Shown: positions 21,001 to 29,210 of the stretch, in pieces
Layout of the letters: each line of letters begins with the position of its first letter
How positions within the stretch are numbered: the stretch's first letter is position 1
NCBI GenBank assembly: GCA_031414955.1
Contig: JANOQV010000242.1
Coordinates: 1 to 64,000 of the forward strand
Reading direction: 5' to 3'
Length of the DNA: 64,000 nucleotides
DNA from: Pedosphaera sp.
Lineage (GTDB): Bacteria; Verrucomicrobiota; Verrucomicrobiia; Limisphaerales; SIBH01
The notes under the pieces: generated by a model
What the model saw: only the letters and a program-made list of their open reading frames with translations
Databases searched by the model: none
What the model was told of the DNA's origin: nothing
Translations under genes and position numbers: made by a program

Positions 21001-22068
21001 GTCGGCCCGGTGGTGTTGCACGAGATCATGTACCGCCCGTTGCTGACCAACGAACTCTATGAGTTTGTGGAGTTGCGCAATCTTACGGCGGCGGCGGTGC
21101 CGCTCTTCGACACGAACAATCCTGCGAACACCTGGCGGTTGCGCAAGGGCGTGGACTTCAACTTCCTGCCGGGCACGACCATTCCGGCGGGTGGTTATCT
21201 CGTGGTGGTGGGTTTCGATCCGGTGACGGATCCGGTTTCGCTGACCGCCTTCCGCGCGCAGTACGGCACGAACATGACGCTGGTTGGACCCTACAGCGGC
21301 AAACTCGACAACAACGGCGAGGAGTTGCAGTTGCAGAAGCCCGACGCGCCGCAGACGACGCCCGGCCCGGACTTCGGACTGGTGCCTTACATCGTGGCCG
21401 ACCGCGTGGTCTATGGCGACACCGCGCCGTGGCCGACCACGCCCGACGGCACGGGCGACTCCTTGAAGAAGCTCGCGGGGAATCTCTACGGCAACGAGGC
21501 GCTCAACTGGCTGGGCGGCACGCCCACGCCGGGCGCGGCGAATTTCGCCGCCGGATCGAACAGCCCGCCCGTGCTCGCGGCCATCGCCCACCGCAGCGTT
21601 CACGTCGGCTACCCCGTCTCGTTGACCGCCAGTGCCACCGACCCGGATCTGCCCGGGCAGAGCCTGACCTACAGCTTGCAGGGCCTAGTGCCGGCGGGCG
21701 CGGGCATTGGCTCCGGCAGCGGCCTGTTCAACTGGACGCCGACAACCAACCAGGGACCGGCCACACATCCGATCACGGTGCGAGTCACGGACAACGGTGC
21801 TCCGGCTTTGTTCGACGAGAAGACGTTTAACGTCGCCGTGCTCAGTCTGCCCAGGGTCAGTTCGGTCGAACTGACTAACAATTCGGTCCGGCTCACTTGG
21901 GAGAGTTATGCCGGACGCCGTTATCGCGTCGAAGCGACGACGAACCTGGTGAACGCGGTTTGGTCGCAAGTCGGCAGCGATGTGATTGCCGCCGGGCTTT
22001 CGTCGTCGCTGCTCAACACCCCGGCCAGTGCGCAGATTTTCTACCGCGTGCTTTCCTACGACAACTGA
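12094..22068 (+). CDS. Giant secreted multidomain protein: beta-helix, repeated galactose-binding-like and Ig-like domains, several lamin-tail domains, CotH kinase domain
   Basis: Signal peptide from ATG 12094; repeated INE/ISE…IEL.N lamin-tail motifs; RNRGHGSR…HDLDE CotH core; C-terminal W…Y…W…FYRV domain. Confidence 0.88.
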   Translation: MNHKSLALLLSCLIALASSLAAAPASLRVLTQNNYLPGLPVLVRVEAYAPDGSRDRETWNGVATLSADGGVTLSTNLIAMRNGVGSELVTFSGGTDFNFTATVGGVPVTRSLHSVAGDPVTKIGGVVSGGSSTWSGIINVTNDLTITNHVLTIESNTLVLLNGTGSGTGGADIFVNANASIQSLGTELHPVTITCSNVFFTNRWGQIRHNTSLPSLYRHTFIHRAGRAPGEGHTGQAPAVRPSNSTLTFESSTISDLCEPSSTAPGYGTPGKVMYAVGSTLSFNDCLFQRARMGPEIDGTALLFTNSYIMDTRGPDDADGIYLHGQQVGQVIKLVDSVFASGDDDGIDTLGSTITVERCILRDWASVVEDAKAISAFDGSVDVIRCLIVDSTVGVSAKCAAAPASVRVNINHSTITGNLTNVLAQFKANAPGPIVDYRITNCLIWGADAVQSDFAVTNLTIRYSDISEPWAGTGNLQSDPLFVNAAAKNWRLQIASPAINAGNPASPVDVDASITDMGVFPFLTTANPLVSTGAVWRYLDNGSNQGTNWSQRLFDDTLWASGPAQLGYSSNTAELDEATLVSFGPDPANKYITTYFRRAFTVLNPSEFTNLVARLLVDDAAVVFLNGQEVYRFNLPAGAGAVSNQTLALLAVENTNVFNSISPSLLVAGTNVIAVEVHQQSLGSSDLSFDLELTGQRQAVGNQPPSVSITSPPNGAGFITPATIAISVSATDSDGTVTNVQFYQNGALLWLTNSGPYNYTWNGVGVGTYTLTAVALDDAGDSRTSAPVNVTVSVPSTAITNSLVVFGSLWKYHDKGSNLVTAWRASAYDDSSWSNGLAQLGYGDNDEATRVEDNPTPGFNAADTDKFITTYFRRSFPVTNAAAFTNLSLRLLRDDGGIVYLNGVEVQRSPNLPGTILFNTLATGSAPPDNTIDTTNFPTSGLLVEGTNVIAVEIHQQLQSSSDISFDFELIGVRTADTNARPVVALTAPAGGTIFGTPANYTITATAFDSDGTVTNVAFYANGVKLGDDAGAPYSFDVVTPAAAVYSLYVVGTDNVGLSATSTVVNITVSTNIAPPVVFAKTPVPGSLTNLTSLGVTFSKAVTGVSAGDLLVNGSPATGLSGSGSNYTFTFPQPAYGTVSINWAAGHGITDVFTPSHAFDTNSTGANWSYTLLDSQTPTITTINPVPNSTVAALTSIAITFSEPVTGVNAADLLINASPASGLSGSGAGPYSFTFAQPALGVVNVTWAGGHGIVDTSGNPFSPAPWSYTLDTNSSGVVISEIMYHPSSENVLEEYIELFNKGGSAVSLSGWQLSAGVSFTFSNVSIPAGGYLVVAADVTTFTNKYPGVTNVVGNWTGTLRNQGEDIDLDNAAGQRADSVQYADEGDWAVRQRGQNDPGNGGQPHRGWAWFKPHDGGGSSLELINPNLSNNSGQNWGGSLTTNGTPGSANSIFQNNVAPLILEAGHFPLIPRSTDQTVISARLLDEAAGGFTVNLLYRVDGAGVFTSLAMHDDGLNGDAVANDTLWSARIPAQANNAVMEYYISATDAQSNTRTWPGAAIAALDAAGPTGQVANALFQIDDVAYTPTNSQPLFKLIMTAAENAELASIPSQSSLNGPNAAMNATFIAIDASGIEAHYLASVRNRGHGSRTANPPNYRVSFRSDDPWKGVSSLNLNTVQTYYQHLGSVLSRKGGAISANTIAVQVRVNNLNRANAGGGMYGSYAAVEVIDADWAGNHLPLDGDGNVYKVVRDIDPPNFEYRGTNVNAYTNNYFKESNISENDFSDLINMLSIMGENSGALFTPENVRSVINPEQWLRHLAVMNLFANGESGLNTGNNDDYYMYRGLLDPRFILTAHDLDEILGVGLASNTDIFRATCCPISGDSEGTWRAMDRFMRSPDFQPIYYRTLQDLLNTTFSAAQFNATADQTLGGYVPQSVIDSIKTWMDARRLSVQSQIPALYDLTVPVALVTQVPRSPTPFRSASLTVGGYNVVSYQFSLNGGGFSAETLVGAPIVLSALPDGTNTVAVIGRGTNGLWQAVSNATVVSWVVNTNIPAVRLNEVLAQNNAALNHFGTFPDAIELLNEGASTVDIGGLRLTDDPDVPGKFTFPPGTLLAPGSNFVVFANNVDGTPGFHLGFGLDAAGDSVNLFHSLAGGGALLDRISFGRQLADRSIARLDGSGDWALSQPTLGAANVAQPLGSPAGLRINEWLAASLSQEEFVEIYNPAVLPVALGGLSFTDSLIGWPARNVIKPLSFMGAGEYLAFIAEGNGNGGDHLNFGLALEQGEIGLFNTDLSVIDCVIYGPQQLEIAQGKCPNGGLTAITLGTPTPGAPNSCPVALPPPVTVTLLTISNLWSYQPRTNYDAVNWTTNTYNDATWPTGLALLGRTSFASNQIWPEPFRTHIETNSTQTNFYFRAHFNVAPGASYTSLQFRHIIDDGAVFYLNGVEIPGSRFNLPAGPINGAMFASSTISIGAYQGPISIPISMLVTGDNVFAVDVHQSFTNSSDFAMGIELQALIVTNSPALAGVLINEVLANNATFEEPDGSKPDWVELYNPSTNAVDLGDMSLTDDTTVSRRWVIAGGTILNAQSFLKFRFDSGLPASATNAGFALKANGGGVFLFNRLADGGALLSSVAYGLQAADFSIGRLPNGSTNWALNIPTLGSGNLVASLGDPLLLRVNEWMANPLPGNDDYIEVFNPNPQPVDISRFYLTDNLGNRIKHQLPALSFLGVGQDAFQEFKADGNTTLGADHLNFSLAGGGEAAGLTHSNLTALDSISFGPQSSGVSQGRLPDGAATTVNFTTTPTPGKANFLPLNVIVINELIAHTDAPLEDAVELYNPTGDPVDISGWYLSDSQNNLQKYRVPTNTIVPAGGYAVLYEYQFNPDPGPLSFSFSSAKGDEVYLSQSFSPGTVTGYRAFATFGASENGVSFGRFATSLGQDFTALSARTFGVDNPVTTNQFRTGTGLTNAYPKVGPVVLHEIMYRPLLTNELYEFVELRNLTAAAVPLFDTNNPANTWRLRKGVDFNFLPGTTIPAGGYLVVVGFDPVTDPVSLTAFRAQYGTNMTLVGPYSGKLDNNGEELQLQKPDAPQTTPGPDFGLVPYIVADRVVYGDTAPWPTTPDGTGDSLKKLAGNLYGNEALNWLGGTPTPGAANFAAGSNSPPVLAAIAHRSVHVGYPVSLTASATDPDLPGQSLTYSLQGLVPAGAGIGSGSGLFNWTPTTNQGPATHPITVRVTDNGAPALFDEKTFNVAVLSLPRVSSVELTNNSVRLTWESYAGRRYRVEATTNLVNAVWSQVGSDVIAAGLSSSLLNTPASAQIFYRVLSYDN

Positions 22069-22089
22069 TCCTGGTCGCTCGGGTCTGAC

Positions 22090-22128
22090 GGCGCAGCCCT
22101 GGTTTTCGACCAGGGCTGCGCCCTTTCA
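22090..22128 (+). terminator. Probable intrinsic terminator
   Basis: Perfect 14-bp stem ggcgcagccctggt/accagggctgcgcc followed by ctttc, about 20 nt after the stop codon. Confidence 0.65.
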
Positions 22129-22228
22129 TTGTGCCTGGCGTGTGGTGGGGCGGGCACGAGCAGGGCGATGCTCTCCGCAATCTGGGTAGTAACTTCAAGG
22201 GCGTGTTGCTCAAAGCATCGTGGCCTTC

Positions 22229-22340
22229 CCGGAGCGCGGATTTACAATCCGTAGCCGCGCCAGACCTACAGGAACGCCCATGATTTCCTGGAGCGGGCCG
22301 ACCGGACTGGCTGGCGGCCGGTGGAAAACCCGCGCTCCGG
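22229..22340. repeat. REP-like inverted doublet
   Basis: ccggagcgcgg … ccgcgctccgg ends. Confidence 0.6.
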
Positions 22341-22436
22341 GATTTGGGCCACACGCCCTCAAGCTGCGCTCATCTCCCTCTCGCACTCAATTCCCCGCTC
22401 GCCTTGGCCGTGCTGCCTGGGCCAGATTCCTCGCGC

Positions 22437-23804
22437 ATGGAAAAAGTTCTTGGCTACCTCAAAGACAACGAAGCGAAGTTCATCGGACAGCTTTGCGATT
22501 ACGTCCGCTTCCCCAGCGTCTCGGCGCAAAAGGAGAAGCACGGCGCGGACATGAAAGCCTGCGGCGAGTGGCTGCTCGCGCATTGCCGCCGTCTCGGGTT
22601 GGAGGCCAAGCTGCATCCGACGGCGGGCAATCCCATCCTCGTCGCCCGTACGCCGCGCCGGAAGGGCCGCAAGCATTTCCTCGTTTATGGGCATTACGAT
22701 GTGCAGCCGCCCGAGCCGTTTGAATTGTGGAAGACGCCGCCCTTCGAGCCTCGCATTGAAGGACGCTCGATGTTTGGCCGCGGCGCGAGCGACAACAAGG
22801 GTCAGAATCTCGCGCACCTCAAAGCCGTGGAGGCCTACTTCCAGACCGGCACGGAACTGCCCGTGGATCTGACCTTCGTCATCGAGGGCGAGGAGGAGGT
22901 TGGGAGCAAGAACCTCGCGGGCTTCCTGAAAGAGCAGCGTGCGAACCTGCGCTGCGACGCCGTGGTCATTTCCGACACCGGCATGCCGGACAAGAAAACC
23001 CCGGCCCTCACCTACGCCCTGCGCGGGATCAGCGCGCTGGAGGTAAAGCTCACCGGGCCGGATCGCGATCTGCATTCGGGTCTCTTCGGTGGTTCGCTCG
23101 AAAACCCCGCCATGGCCCTGTGCCGGCTGCTGGCGCAAATCCACGATAAAAACGGCCGCGTGGCCATCCCCGGCTTCTACGACGAGGTGGAGCCGCTCTC
23201 GAAGTTCGAGCGCGAACAATTCAAACGGCTGCCCTACAACGCGGAACAATACCGCAAGCTGATGGGAGTGCCGGCGCTCTTTGGCGAGAAAGGCTTCAGC
23301 CACCACGAGCAGCGCAGCGCGCGGCCGACCTTCGAGATCAACGGCCTGACCAGCGGCTATCAGGGCGAAGGCAGCAAGACGATTGTGCCTTCCTGGGCGC
23401 GGGTGAAAGTCACCATGCGTCTGGTGCCGAATCAAAACCCGGCGAAGATTCAGAAGCTCGTGCAGGCGCACCTGCGCAAGCTCTGCCCCCCCACCATGAA
23501 GATGGAAATTCACGGCGGGCACGGCGGTGATCCCTACCTCGTGTCGCCCACCAGTCCGCTGGCGCAGGCTGCCCTGCGGGCGCTGAAGAAGGGTTTCCAA
23601 GCCGAGCCGATCGTCATGCGCGAAGGCGGCTCGATCCCCATCGTGAATGACTTCAAGCGCATCCTCGGCGCGGACACCCTGCTGCTCGGCCTGGCTTTGC
23701 CCGACGACAATGCCCATTCGCCGAATGAGAAGTTCGACCTCGACTGTTTCGCCAAAGGAATGCGCATGGCGGCGCACTTGTGGCAGGAGCTGGCGGCGGT
23801 GTGA
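22437..23804 (+). CDS. M20 family dipeptidase
   Basis: YGHYDVQP, GRGASDNKG, EGEEE, DLHSG, GGSIP, NAHSPNE; ATG 22437. Confidence 0.93.
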   Translation: MEKVLGYLKDNEAKFIGQLCDYVRFPSVSAQKEKHGADMKACGEWLLAHCRRLGLEAKLHPTAGNPILVARTPRRKGRKHFLVYGHYDVQPPEPFELWKTPPFEPRIEGRSMFGRGASDNKGQNLAHLKAVEAYFQTGTELPVDLTFVIEGEEEVGSKNLAGFLKEQRANLRCDAVVISDTGMPDKKTPALTYALRGISALEVKLTGPDRDLHSGLFGGSLENPAMALCRLLAQIHDKNGRVAIPGFYDEVEPLSKFEREQFKRLPYNAEQYRKLMGVPALFGEKGFSHHEQRSARPTFEINGLTSGYQGEGSKTIVPSWARVKVTMRLVPNQNPAKIQKLVQAHLRKLCPPTMKMEIHGGHGGDPYLVSPTSPLAQAALRALKKGFQAEPIVMREGGSIPIVNDFKRILGADTLLLGLALPDDNAHSPNEKFDLDCFAKGMRMAAHLWQELAAV

Positions 23805-23914
23805 GGGGCGGGAGTCAGGCCAGCCCTGGAGGGTGGAAGGCTCGCTGCTGCCAATCTGCCACCCATGTGATGCCCGAAGTTGACGCACTGCCTGGACTCT
23901 GATTACACCCACGC

Positions 23915-25171
23915 ATGACTTCCTCCATTCCTTGCGTCAGGGCCGCGTTTTTATCGGCGTTGCTGCTGAGTCCCGTGGTTGGGCCCGCGGCGGGTTACTT
24001 CCCTCCGCCCGACCGCACCGGCGGCTGGCGCACGGCGGCGAACGCGGCGCAGGCGCGCGAGCTGGCCGGGATGGATTTGCGGCGGCTGGAGCAGGCGTGG
24101 GAGTTCACGCAGCGTGGCACGCAGAACGCGGGGTTGCTCGTGGTGCGGAATGGTTACCTCGTCTTCGAGAAATACGTCGGGCGCGCGAGCCGCAACGTGA
24201 ATCCGGACATGGCCTCGACGGGCAAGGCTTACACCAGCATCGCCTGCGGCATCATGTTGCAGGAGTTCCGCGACAAGATTCCCGAGGGTCTCGACACCAA
24301 AGTGTTCACGCCGAAGTTTTTGCCCGAAGCCTTTTCCGCCGACGGCAAGCTGGATGACGCGCGGCGCGCGGACATCACGCTGGGACAGCTCCTGTGCATG
24401 ACGGGCGGCTACAACGGCGAAGGCGGCGCGCCCACGGCGGTGGTGATGGGCAAGGCATTCCCGCTGAAAGCCTCGCCGGGACAGAACATCAAGGACCTCG
24501 ACGGCTCGTCACTGCGCTGCGCGATGTGGACGAACGCGGGCGCGGGCTATTCGTATTCGTCGCCCGAACCACACCTCGCGTCGATGGTGCTGCGCCGCAT
24601 CACCGGCATGGAGTTGAAGGATTACATCGACGCGCGGCTGGCCAAACCGATGGGGTGGGGACCGTGGGATTATTGTCTGCGGCGCGGGGAGTTCACCATG
24701 CCGCACGCGAACGGCGCGGGCAGCACGGCGGTCCACGCCACGGATGCGTTGCGCTTCGGCTATTGCCTGCTGCGCGGCGGCCAGTGGGGCGACAAGCAAC
24801 TCGTGCCCGCAGATTACGTCGCGCTCTGCAACCAGCCATCGCCGCACAATCCGCACTGTCCCTATACGCTTCAGTTCGAGCAGAACTCGGACGGCCATGT
24901 CGCGGGCGCACCGCGCGATGCGTTTTGGAAATCCGGCGCGGGCGGCTTCGCGCTCATCATCGTGCCGTCGCTGGACCTGGTGATCTACAAGATGGGCGGC
25001 CACAACGGGCAATACGATCCGACGCTCACGGACGTGCCGCAGCCCGAGCCGAGTCACGCGCGCGATGATTGGAAGCCGATTCAGGGAACGCCGTTCATGG
25101 AAGGCAGCCGGGCCGGGGACGATGGCATTCGTCGCGTGCTGGAAATGGTTTGTGCGGCGGTGCGGGATTGA
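23915..25171 (+). CDS. Serine hydrolase, beta-lactamase/AmpC-like family
   Basis: Signal peptide; SxxK (ASTGK), TLGQLLCMTGG, YSYS, IIVPSLDLVI. Confidence 0.85.
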   Translation: MTSSIPCVRAAFLSALLLSPVVGPAAGYFPPPDRTGGWRTAANAAQARELAGMDLRRLEQAWEFTQRGTQNAGLLVVRNGYLVFEKYVGRASRNVNPDMASTGKAYTSIACGIMLQEFRDKIPEGLDTKVFTPKFLPEAFSADGKLDDARRADITLGQLLCMTGGYNGEGGAPTAVVMGKAFPLKASPGQNIKDLDGSSLRCAMWTNAGAGYSYSSPEPHLASMVLRRITGMELKDYIDARLAKPMGWGPWDYCLRRGEFTMPHANGAGSTAVHATDALRFGYCLLRGGQWGDKQLVPADYVALCNQPSPHNPHCPYTLQFEQNSDGHVAGAPRDAFWKSGAGGFALIIVPSLDLVIYKMGGHNGQYDPTLTDVPQPEPSHARDDWKPIQGTPFMEGSRAGDDGIRRVLEMVCAAVRD

Positions 25172-25318
25172 ACGGGTCATGAGATGGTGGAGCCTGGCCG
25201 CCCGGCGCGTAAATGTTCTGTATCGCCCGGTGGAATCCGGGTACGACTGACGGTCGTGGAAAGTACCGCGCAACCATCGATGCCCCGCCGAACAGGCTTC
25301 TCCTCCTTGGAACCCTCC

Positions 25319-27502
25319 ATGAATCCGCTTCGGACGCTGGCCGATTCGCGCCGTATTTCCTTCGCCGACCTCTCTGCGCCCCAGGAGGAACTGCTGCGGC
25401 AGGCTCTGGCCAGGACGGAAGTCGGTTTGGGCGGGTATGCCACGACCATTGGGGTCGGCCATGAGATCGAGCCGGACTTTCAAGTGCGGGAAGATCGGAT
25501 ACTTCTCCACCAAAGAGTTTTCTCCCACCCCTCGATCTTGCGGCTGCACCTGCGCCACGCCGTCGAGCTTGCCCTTTGGCTCCAACTGGCTCCGACCGCT
25601 CCGGGAGTACCCGCTCGCAGCTCCATCGCCCTCCTGGCCGCGGTCGCCGCGACTCGGTTTTACCTCCAGATGCTGGCGGAGGACCGGCGGCAGATCGCCG
25701 GGCTGATCCCGGAGTGGCTGCGCGTGGCGGCGGCTTGTCCGGAGCAGGAATTATTGCCGCAACTCGCCGCCCACCTCGCGGCCCTGTGGCCGTTGCAAGC
25801 AGGTGCGCCGCCCACGCCTGCTTTGACTCCGGAGGTGATCCAGTTGGCCCAGGAGTATCTTCCGGTCGCCCATCCCACGGAATACATTCTCACCCAGCAA
25901 GGTGACGAGCGGCTGCTGGTTGATCCGGTCACCGGCTTGAACAAGCACGGATGCAGTCCGCGCCCGCGCCCGGAGGCCATCACATTTTCCTCCTGCACGG
26001 CCTCCTCCGTTTCCGAGTTCGCGTATGGCGCGGCGGAAGGCCTGCGGCACCGTCTCATGCGCACGCTGCCGGTCGGAAATCTTGCCGCCCGGTACGCGCA
26101 AGAAATCGAACAGGTCCGCTCCAGCCTCAAATCCTTGCTCGGCCTGGAGGCGCACACCGAGGTGATCTTGGCCTCCTCGGGAACCGACGCGGAATTGTAT
26201 CCGCTGGCGCTGCTGCGCGCCTCGGGCCGGGAGAAGTTGCTTAACATCGTCCTGGCCCCGGACGAACTGGGCACCGGCACCGTGCTGGCGGCGGGCGGAC
26301 GACACTTTAGCACCCGCAGTCCGCTCGGGGTGGACTTGCATCCCGGCGGCGCGGTGGCTGGAGTGGAAAACGTGGAAGTGGTGACCATCCCCGTTCGCGG
26401 GGGCGATGGAGCCATCCGGAGTGCCGAGGAATTGCAGCAGCATCTCCGCGCCGTGGTGGTCGCAGCGGCTCCGCTGGCCGGCCCGATCATTCTGCACCTG
26501 GTGGACAACTCGAAGACCGGAGTTGTCGCGCCCGGCCTGGATTTCGTGTGCGCTTTGCAGGCGGACTTTCCTGGCCGCTTGCAGGTGCTGGTGGACGCCT
26601 GCCAGTTTCGGATCGAACGCGAGAATTTGCAGCGCTACCTCGCCCATGGTTTTTGGGTGCTGATTACCGGCTCCAAGTTTTTTACCGGCCCGCCTTTCGG
26701 GGCGGCGCTGCTCATTCCGAATTTCCAGACCAGAGGCCACGCGCCTTCTCTGCCCTCCGGTTTTGGCGATTATTTCACCCGTTCCGAGGTGCCACCCGGG
26801 TTGCGGGATCGCGCCCGGAATCTTCCTGCCGTCCTGAATCTTGGCCTGCTCTTTCGCTGGGCCGGAGCCCTCCAGGAGATGGAGGCTTTTTACAGCGTGC
26901 CCAAGGCACGGCGTTCTTCGGTGCAAATGGAATTTGGCCAGGAACTCACCGCCTGCCTCCGGGCCAATCCTGACCTGCGGTTTCTGGCCGGGCCGAGGCC
27001 CCGGCGCTGGCCGGATGCGGACCCAACCCTTTGGGACACCGTGCCCACCATCTTCTCGTTTGCCGTCCGCGATCCGGGCGCGGCCACCCCTGGCCAATGG
27101 ATGCCTCTGGCCGAACTCAGGAAAGTGTACTATCTGCTCAACCGCGACTGTTCCGGGCAGTTCCCCGCTTCCGCCACTCCCGCGGAGCGCGCGCTCGGCG
27201 CTCAGAAATGTCACCTCGGCCAGCCCGTGCTGCTGGCGCGCGGTCCGGAAAACGGGGAGATCAGCGTGCTGCGCATCGCCACCGGGGCGCGCTTGGTTTA
27301 TCGCATCGAGTATGACCTCGTGCTCGGAGCCACGCCGCCGGAACGCTACCAGATGGAACTCGCCTATGCCCGGACCCTGCTCCAGAAAATCTCCCTCCTC
27401 CTCAAATACTGGGACTGCCTCCGCCACGAAGAAGGCTTCAACCCGGCCGAGTCGCGTCCAGCCGCCTTGCCCCCTCCGCCACGCGCACCTCTGAAAATTT
27501 AG
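25319..27502 (+). CDS. PLP-dependent (class V aminotransferase / cysteine desulfurase-like fold) protein with N-terminal extension
   Basis: SSGTDAE, LVDACQ, ITGSKFFTGPPF (candidate Schiff-base Lys); ATG 25319 chosen as start. Confidence 0.65.
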   Translation: MNPLRTLADSRRISFADLSAPQEELLRQALARTEVGLGGYATTIGVGHEIEPDFQVREDRILLHQRVFSHPSILRLHLRHAVELALWLQLAPTAPGVPARSSIALLAAVAATRFYLQMLAEDRRQIAGLIPEWLRVAAACPEQELLPQLAAHLAALWPLQAGAPPTPALTPEVIQLAQEYLPVAHPTEYILTQQGDERLLVDPVTGLNKHGCSPRPRPEAITFSSCTASSVSEFAYGAAEGLRHRLMRTLPVGNLAARYAQEIEQVRSSLKSLLGLEAHTEVILASSGTDAELYPLALLRASGREKLLNIVLAPDELGTGTVLAAGGRHFSTRSPLGVDLHPGGAVAGVENVEVVTIPVRGGDGAIRSAEELQQHLRAVVVAAAPLAGPIILHLVDNSKTGVVAPGLDFVCALQADFPGRLQVLVDACQFRIERENLQRYLAHGFWVLITGSKFFTGPPFGAALLIPNFQTRGHAPSLPSGFGDYFTRSEVPPGLRDRARNLPAVLNLGLLFRWAGALQEMEAFYSVPKARRSSVQMEFGQELTACLRANPDLRFLAGPRPRRWPDADPTLWDTVPTIFSFAVRDPGAATPGQWMPLAELRKVYYLLNRDCSGQFPASATPAERALGAQKCHLGQPVLLARGPENGEISVLRIATGARLVYRIEYDLVLGATPPERYQMELAYARTLLQKISLLLKYWDCLRHEEGFNPAESRPAALPPPPRAPLKI

Positions 27503-27659
27503 AACCGTGTCCAGGTGCGCCCCCGGCGCGACGGACGACGCAAAAGGATTTGTCCGGCCGTGCGAATGGCTGGTACCATGCGGCGCATCCTTCGGCGGCT
27601 GCGGCTCGCGCGGAACAACCAGCCCACAGTCCGTCCGATCTTTTGCGAAAGAACCGAAC

Positions 27660-28838
27660 ATGATCGTCGATAAAATCCGGCTGGAAGAGCACGCCGAGTA
27701 TTGCCAGTTGACCGCCCGACTCCGGCGGGAAACCAGCGTGGGTGAAGACCGGGAACTCTGGTTCCGCTTCCCCCCGGAACTGCGCCCACGGCTGGTCGCG
27801 GAAGGTGATCCTTTCGTCTGCGCGGTTCTCCTGCCGGCCATGGTCGAGGAGAAGCGCCTGCTCATCGAGGGGGACGTCTCCAACCGGCTCTTGAAATCCA
27901 GCCCCCAGATCCAGGACATCTACTCCTGCTGGGTACGCGGTGCGCACCACCTCCAGCTTGAAACCGGCCGGCGTGAGGGCGCGCCTGTCCCGCCTGCCCG
28001 TGGCGTCGGCTCCTTCTTTTCCGGCGGCGTTGACTCCTTCCACACCCTGCTCAAGCACCAAGCGGCCATCACTCACCTGATGCTCATTGATGGCTTCGAC
28101 GCGAAGCTGTTGAACTCCGCCGCCGTCGGCCGCCAGACGAGGGCCTATGCCGAGGGTGTCGCGGCCAGCCTGGGGAAACAATTGCTCGTCTCGGCCACGA
28201 ACGCCCGCAGCCTTTTCGTCCCCCTCGTCTGCTGGGGAGATTACCACGGCGCGGCCCTGGCCGCCGTGGCCCTGAGCCTGCGGAACGTGCTTGAGACCGC
28301 CCTCGTCCCCGCTACCCGCACTTACACCCGGCTCGAACCGTGGGGCTCTCATCCCTTGCTCGATCCGCTTTGGTCCACCGAGCACACTCAGATCGTGCAT
28401 GATGGTGCCGAGGCCACCCGCATCGAGAAGACCGTCGATTGGATTTGCCGCTCCGACCTCGCCTTGCAGGGCTTGCGCGTCTGCCTTGTGCCGGACAACG
28501 ATTACAACTGCGGCCGCTGCGAGAAATGCTTGCGGACCATGATCGGGCTTTACCTTGGAGGAGCCTTGGAGAAATGCCCTGTCCTGCCGCACACCCTCCC
28601 GCTCCGCGAGATTGAACAGATCAATTACCTCTACGAACCCAAGCTCGCCTTCGCCTACGAAAACTTGGCGAAACTAAAAGCCAAGCCAGACAAGACACCC
28701 TTCGACCTCCGCCTGAAACTGGCTCTCGAGAACGGCATGCGGCGGAGCCAGGAGAAAATTGACCGCCAGGCCCGCAAGCGGAAACGCCTCAAGTCCCTCA
28801 AGCTGAAAGACCGACTCCGAAGCTTGTTTCGAGGCTGA
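27660..28838 (+). CDS. Hypothetical PP-loop (adenine nucleotide alpha-hydrolase-like) protein
   Basis: FFSGGVDS PP-loop, WGSHP, LRVC…NCGRCEKC Cys cluster; ATG 27660. Confidence 0.7.
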   Translation: MIVDKIRLEEHAEYCQLTARLRRETSVGEDRELWFRFPPELRPRLVAEGDPFVCAVLLPAMVEEKRLLIEGDVSNRLLKSSPQIQDIYSCWVRGAHHLQLETGRREGAPVPPARGVGSFFSGGVDSFHTLLKHQAAITHLMLIDGFDAKLLNSAAVGRQTRAYAEGVAASLGKQLLVSATNARSLFVPLVCWGDYHGAALAAVALSLRNVLETALVPATRTYTRLEPWGSHPLLDPLWSTEHTQIVHDGAEATRIEKTVDWICRSDLALQGLRVCLVPDNDYNCGRCEKCLRTMIGLYLGGALEKCPVLPHTLPLREIEQINYLYEPKLAFAYENLAKLKAKPDKTPFDLRLKLALENGMRRSQEKIDRQARKRKRLKSLKLKDRLRSLFRG

Positions 28839-29040
28839 AGGCCGCTTCAGGCTTTACCCAGAATTCGCAGCATCAAGCATGGCCCGGCTTGGGCCTCAAC
28901 CCTCCTGGCCGAGCCAGGATCGGCGCTCCGATTCTTGAAGAGAGTCGGGGCGCGGAAAAATGAGCGGCCGTAAAATCCGGCGCTTGGAAGACGGAACCCG
29001 AATTCCGAAATCGAATCTCAGCCCGGCCCGTGACCTGGCT

Positions 29041-29129
29041 CCGGCGCGCGTGACCGGGGCGGAAGTCGCAGGAACTATTTCGATCCTCGGCGTGAGCGAC
29101 CTGCGGCGGGTTGAAAACCCGCGCGCCGG
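29041..29129. repeat. REP-like inverted doublet
   Basis: ccggcgcgcg … gcgggttgaaaacccgcgcgccgg. Confidence 0.55.
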
Positions 29130-29210
29130 TGAGGGTTGCGGCGCGCCCGCGGCCCGTCCGCCCTTCCGGCCTCGGAAGTCGGGCTGAAATGACGCCAGCG
29201 CCCTCGAAAC

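Noticed and set aside
23915..25171. True beta-lactamase resistance gene
   Set aside because: Only the SxxK family motif is evident; this family contains many esterases and amidases.
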